The position numbers and the translations under genes are program-made. The notes beneath the pieces are model-generated. The model searched no databases. It was not told the DNA's origin and saw only the letters and a list, made by a program, of their open reading frames with translations. Below are positions 61,455 to 64,000 of a stretch of DNA of 64,000 nt, piece by piece (within the stretch, counting starts at the first letter, position 1; each line of letters starts with the position of its first letter). This stretch comes from Escherichia phage DCP2. The stretch is from sequence record OR780565.1; one strand, 5' to 3'.

Positions 61455-61994
61455 ATGAGAACATTTTTAACTGGTCCTTATCTATCCCTGATGAATGCTT
61501 TTACACACCATTCTGATGCTAGAGTAGAAGAAATTTGTAAAAACGAATATATCCCACCATTTGAAGACTTACTTAAGCAGTATTGCACACTTCGACTAGA
61601 CGGTGGACGTCAATCCGGTAAATCAACTGCTGTGACTAACTTTGCTGCTAATTGGCTGTATGACGGTGGAACAGTTATTGTTCTTTCTAATACTTCAGCT
61701 TACGCTAAAATTTCTGCAGGCCACATTAAAAAAGAATTTTCTCGTTATTCTAGTGATGATATTCGATTCCGCTTATTTACTGATTCTGTCCGTAGTTTTA
61801 TCGGTAATAAAGGAAGCAAGTTCAGAGGTTTATCTCTTTCGCGAATTTTGTATATAATCGATGAGCCTGTTAAATCTCCTGATATGGATAAAATTTACGA
61901 TATTCATATTGAAACTGTGCAACACTGCTGTAATAGTAAATGCTGCATTGGCGGTATTACTCGTCCGCAGTTTTTCGTAATTGGAATGCAATGA
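61455..61994 (+). CDS. small P-loop NTPase
   Basis: Walker A GGRQSGKST and Walker B-like ILYIIDE; start at MRTFLTG (alternative ATG at 61425). Confidence 0.55.
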   Translation: MRTFLTGPYLSLMNAFTHHSDARVEEICKNEYIPPFEDLLKQYCTLRLDGGRQSGKSTAVTNFAANWLYDGGTVIVLSNTSAYAKISAGHIKKEFSRYSSDDIRFRLFTDSVRSFIGNKGSKFRGLSLSRILYIIDEPVKSPDMDKIYDIHIETVQHCCNSKCCIGGITRPQFFVIGMQ

Positions 61995-62320
61995 TGACAG
62001 ATACGCAACTTTTCGAATATCTTTATTTTTCGCCAAAAACTATTAAAAATAAATTGGTGAATCATTTTGAAATTTTGGCAAATAACAACGTCTTGAGCGA
62101 ATTTTATCCCAAGCAATACAAATTACAAAAAGGTGTATTCAAAGGATGCAGAGTTTTGTGCACTGCTCCTAATGCAAGATTAATGAATAAAATTCCATAT
62201 TTTACCATGGAATTTATTGATGGACCATTTAAAGGATTAATTACTCAAAGTTTAATGGCATATGATTCTGAGCCATTTTTAATTAAAGAACAGTCTTGGA
62301 TAAATTTATTTTCTAATTGA
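61991..62320 (+). CDS. hypothetical protein translationally coupled to the P-loop ORF
   Basis: ATGA overlap with the upstream stop; 109 aa. Confidence 0.5.
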   Translation: MMTDTQLFEYLYFSPKTIKNKLVNHFEILANNNVLSEFYPKQYKLQKGVFKGCRVLCTAPNARLMNKIPYFTMEFIDGPFKGLITQSLMAYDSEPFLIKEQSWINLFSN

Positions 62321-62326
62321 GGTTAT

Positions 62327-62689
62327 ATGAAAGCATATCAAATTCTTGAAGGCACGCATAAAGGTACTATTTATTTTGAAGATGGTATTCAAGCACGAAT
62401 TATTGTCTCTAAAACCTTTAAAGAGGACTCTTTTGTAGACCCGGAAATTTTTTACGGTTTGCATGCCCGCGAAATTGAAATTGAAACACAACCTACAGTT
62501 AAAATTGAAGGTGGTCAGCACCTGAACGTTAACGTTCTGCGTCGCGAAACTCTGGAAGATGCAGTTAAGCATCCGGAAAAATATCCGCAGCTGACCATCC
62601 GTGTATCCGGTTATGCAGTTCGCTTTAACTCTCTGACTCCGGAACAGCAGCGCGACGTTATCGCTCGTACCTTTACTGAGAGCTTGTAA
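62327..62689 (+). CDS. GrcA/YfiD-like autonomous glycyl radical cofactor
   Basis: C-terminal 60 aa ([59 protein letters not shown]) matches the E. coli GrcA / pyruvate formate-lyase glycyl-radical domain, including the RVSGYA glycine; T4 Y06I is a known homolog. Confidence 0.85.
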   Translation: MKAYQILEGTHKGTIYFEDGIQARIIVSKTFKEDSFVDPEIFYGLHAREIEIETQPTVKIEGGQHLNVNVLRRETLEDAVKHPEKYPQLTIRVSGYAVRFNSLTPEQQRDVIARTFTESL

Positions 62690-62910
62690 TGGCAAAGATA
62701 ATTATTGAAGGTTCTGAAGATGTGCTAAATGCTTTCGCCGAATGGTTTAGTAATTCAGGCGAACAGCAATTTAATGAAGCATGGAACATGGGTGATATTA
62801 ATGGAATTTATCCTACGACAGAAATTTCTGTTCAGGGATATGGCATTCATGAACCTATTCGTTTAGTTGAATATGATTTGGGAACAGGTGAGGAAGTAAA
62901 ATATGATTGA
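62689..62910 (+). CDS. hypothetical small protein (vs-region)
   Basis: 73-aa ORF; ATG overlaps the GrcA-like stop. Confidence 0.5.
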   Translation: MAKIIIEGSEDVLNAFAEWFSNSGEQQFNEAWNMGDINGIYPTTEISVQGYGIHEPIRLVEYDLGTGEEVKYD

Positions 62911-63169
62911 AGACATTAAAGGTTATAAGCCACATACTGAAGAGAAAATCGGTAAAGTGAATGCTATCAAAGACGCTGAAGTTCGTTTAGGACTTATCTT
63001 TGATGCTTTATACGATGAATTCTGGGAAGCACTAGATAATTGTGAAGACTGTGAATTCGCAAAGAATTATTCCGAAAGTCTCGATCAGTTAACTATTGCT
63101 AAAACGAAGCTTAAAGAAGCCAGTATGTGGGCTTGTCGTGCTGTGTTCCAACCAGAGGAAAAATATTAA
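62903..63169 (+). CDS. hypothetical small protein; candidate Vs.4/Acb2-like cyclic-nucleotide sponge
   Basis: 88-aa ORF with GAGGAAG RBS; the Acb2 suggestion is positional (counting back from regB), not from recognised motifs. Confidence 0.5.
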   Translation: MIEDIKGYKPHTEEKIGKVNAIKDAEVRLGLIFDALYDEFWEALDNCEDCEFAKNYSESLDQLTIAKTKLKEASMWACRAVFQPEEKY

Positions 63170-63447
63170 TGGCTCAATTAAGCGCAGGGTTTGGTTATGA
63201 GTATTATACTGCCCCTCGTCGTGTATCTGTCGCTCCTAAGAAAATTCAAAGTCTTGATGACTTCCAAGAAGTAGTCCGTAAAGCTTTCCAGGACTACGCA
63301 CGTTATCTTAAAGAAGATTCACAGGACTGTCTCGAAGAAGATGAAATTGCTTACTATGAGCAGCGTCTTGAACAGCTTAAAAACCTACATGAGGTTCGTG
63401 CAGAAGTTACAAAGTCTATGAATAAATTGATTAGATTTAAAGAATAA
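63169..63447 (+). CDS. hypothetical small protein (vs-region)
   Basis: Start at the [11 protein letters not shown] (TAATG overlap); 92 aa. Confidence 0.5.
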   Translation: MAQLSAGFGYEYYTAPRRVSVAPKKIQSLDDFQEVVRKAFQDYARYLKEDSQDCLEEDEIAYYEQRLEQLKNLHEVRAEVTKSMNKLIRFKE

Positions 63448-63450
63448 CTG

Positions 63451-63480
63451 TTTACTTTTCCTCTTGACTGTGGTATAATT
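63451..63480 (+). promoter_or_regulatory. early promoter (GTTTAC-N18-TATAAT) with embedded stem-loop upstream of regB
   Basis: gtttac at 63451-63456 and tataat at 63475-63480; inverted repeat cctcttgactg / cagttaagagg brackets the -10 and abuts the GAGGAG RBS. Confidence 0.6.
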
Positions 63481-63506
63481 TTTCTATCAGTTAAGAGGAG
63501 AATAAC

Positions 63507-63968
63507 ATGACTATCAACACAGAAGTTTTTATCCGTCGAAATAAGCTTCGTCGTCACTTTGAGTCGGAGTTTCGTCAAATTAACAATGAGATTCGTGAGG
63601 CATCAAAAGCAGCAGGGGTCTCATCGTTTCATCTAAAATATTCTCAGCATCTTCTTGATCGTGCAATTCAACGGGAGATTGATGAGACATATGTTTTTGA
63701 ATTATTCCATAAAATAAAAGACCATGTTTTAGAAGTTAATGAATTCCTGAGTATGCCTCCGCGTCCTGACATTGACGAGGATTTTATTGATGGGGTTGAA
63801 TATCGTCCTGGGCGTTTAGAAATCACCGATGGAAATCTTTGGCTTGGATTTACAGTTTGTAAACCTAATGCGAAGTTCAAAGACCCGTCACTTCAGTGCA
63901 GGATGGCAATTATCAATAGTCGTCGTTTACCAGGAAAGGCTTCTAAAGCAGTAATTAAAACTCAATGA
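63507..63968 (+). CDS. regB: RegB site-specific endoribonuclease
   Basis: 153 aa, same as T4 RegB; strong early promoter and GAGGAG RBS. Confidence 0.8.
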   Translation: MTINTEVFIRRNKLRRHFESEFRQINNEIREASKAAGVSSFHLKYSQHLLDRAIQREIDETYVFELFHKIKDHVLEVNEFLSMPPRPDIDEDFIDGVEYRPGRLEITDGNLWLGFTVCKPNAKFKDPSLQCRMAIINSRRLPGKASKAVIKTQ

Positions 63969-63975
63969 GGTAAGC

Positions 63976-64000
63976 ATGAGAAAAGCACTACTCGCTGGTC
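63976..64000 (+). CDS. 5' end of next gene (partial)
   Basis: ATG at 63976 reading MRKALLAG... runs off the window end. Confidence 0.35.

Overview
This window is a contiguous block from a T4-like (T-even, Tevenvirinae) myovirus genome, in reverse orientation to the usual T4 map. Gene order and protein lengths match T4 almost one-for-one. In window order: two tandem alt ADP-ribosyltransferase paralogs; baseplate hub genes 54-48-29-28-27-51 (minus) and 26-25 (plus); uvsY and uvsW; inh and hoc; rnlB; head genes 24-23-22-21-68-67-20; tail tube 19 and sheath 18; terminase 17/16; neck 15-14-13; fibritin wac; baseplate genes 12 through 5 and 53; then plus-strand genes 4, 2, 3, 1, 57A, 57B, ipI; a 10-tRNA cluster; further internal-protein genes; a block of small early genes; nudE; endolysin e; denV; a vs-region; and regB. 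It is not T4 itself as I remember it. It differs by three HNH homing-endonuclease insertions (18/19, 2/3 and upstream of the tRNAs), a segD-like GIY-YIG gene, a Hoc with one extra Ig-like domain from a 291-bp tandem duplication, an expanded tRNA set (Tyr, Asn, His present; no Gln), and several capsid-targeted internal-protein cassettes flanked by repeated promoter/terminator stem-loops. The most interesting candidates for anti-defence or accessory functions are 57B (Acb1-type 2H phosphoesterase motifs), a small-ORF cluster upstream of regB (likely containing the Vs.4/Acb2 homolog), a chimeric GrcA-like glycyl-radical gene with a host-codon C-terminus, a small P-loop NTPase coupled to a partner ORF, and a tandem triplet of paralogous 2-TM proteins. 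All calls rest on reading the sequence plus remembered T4 biology; no searches or alignments were run, and ORF starts were corrected by hand where the track used TTG starts.
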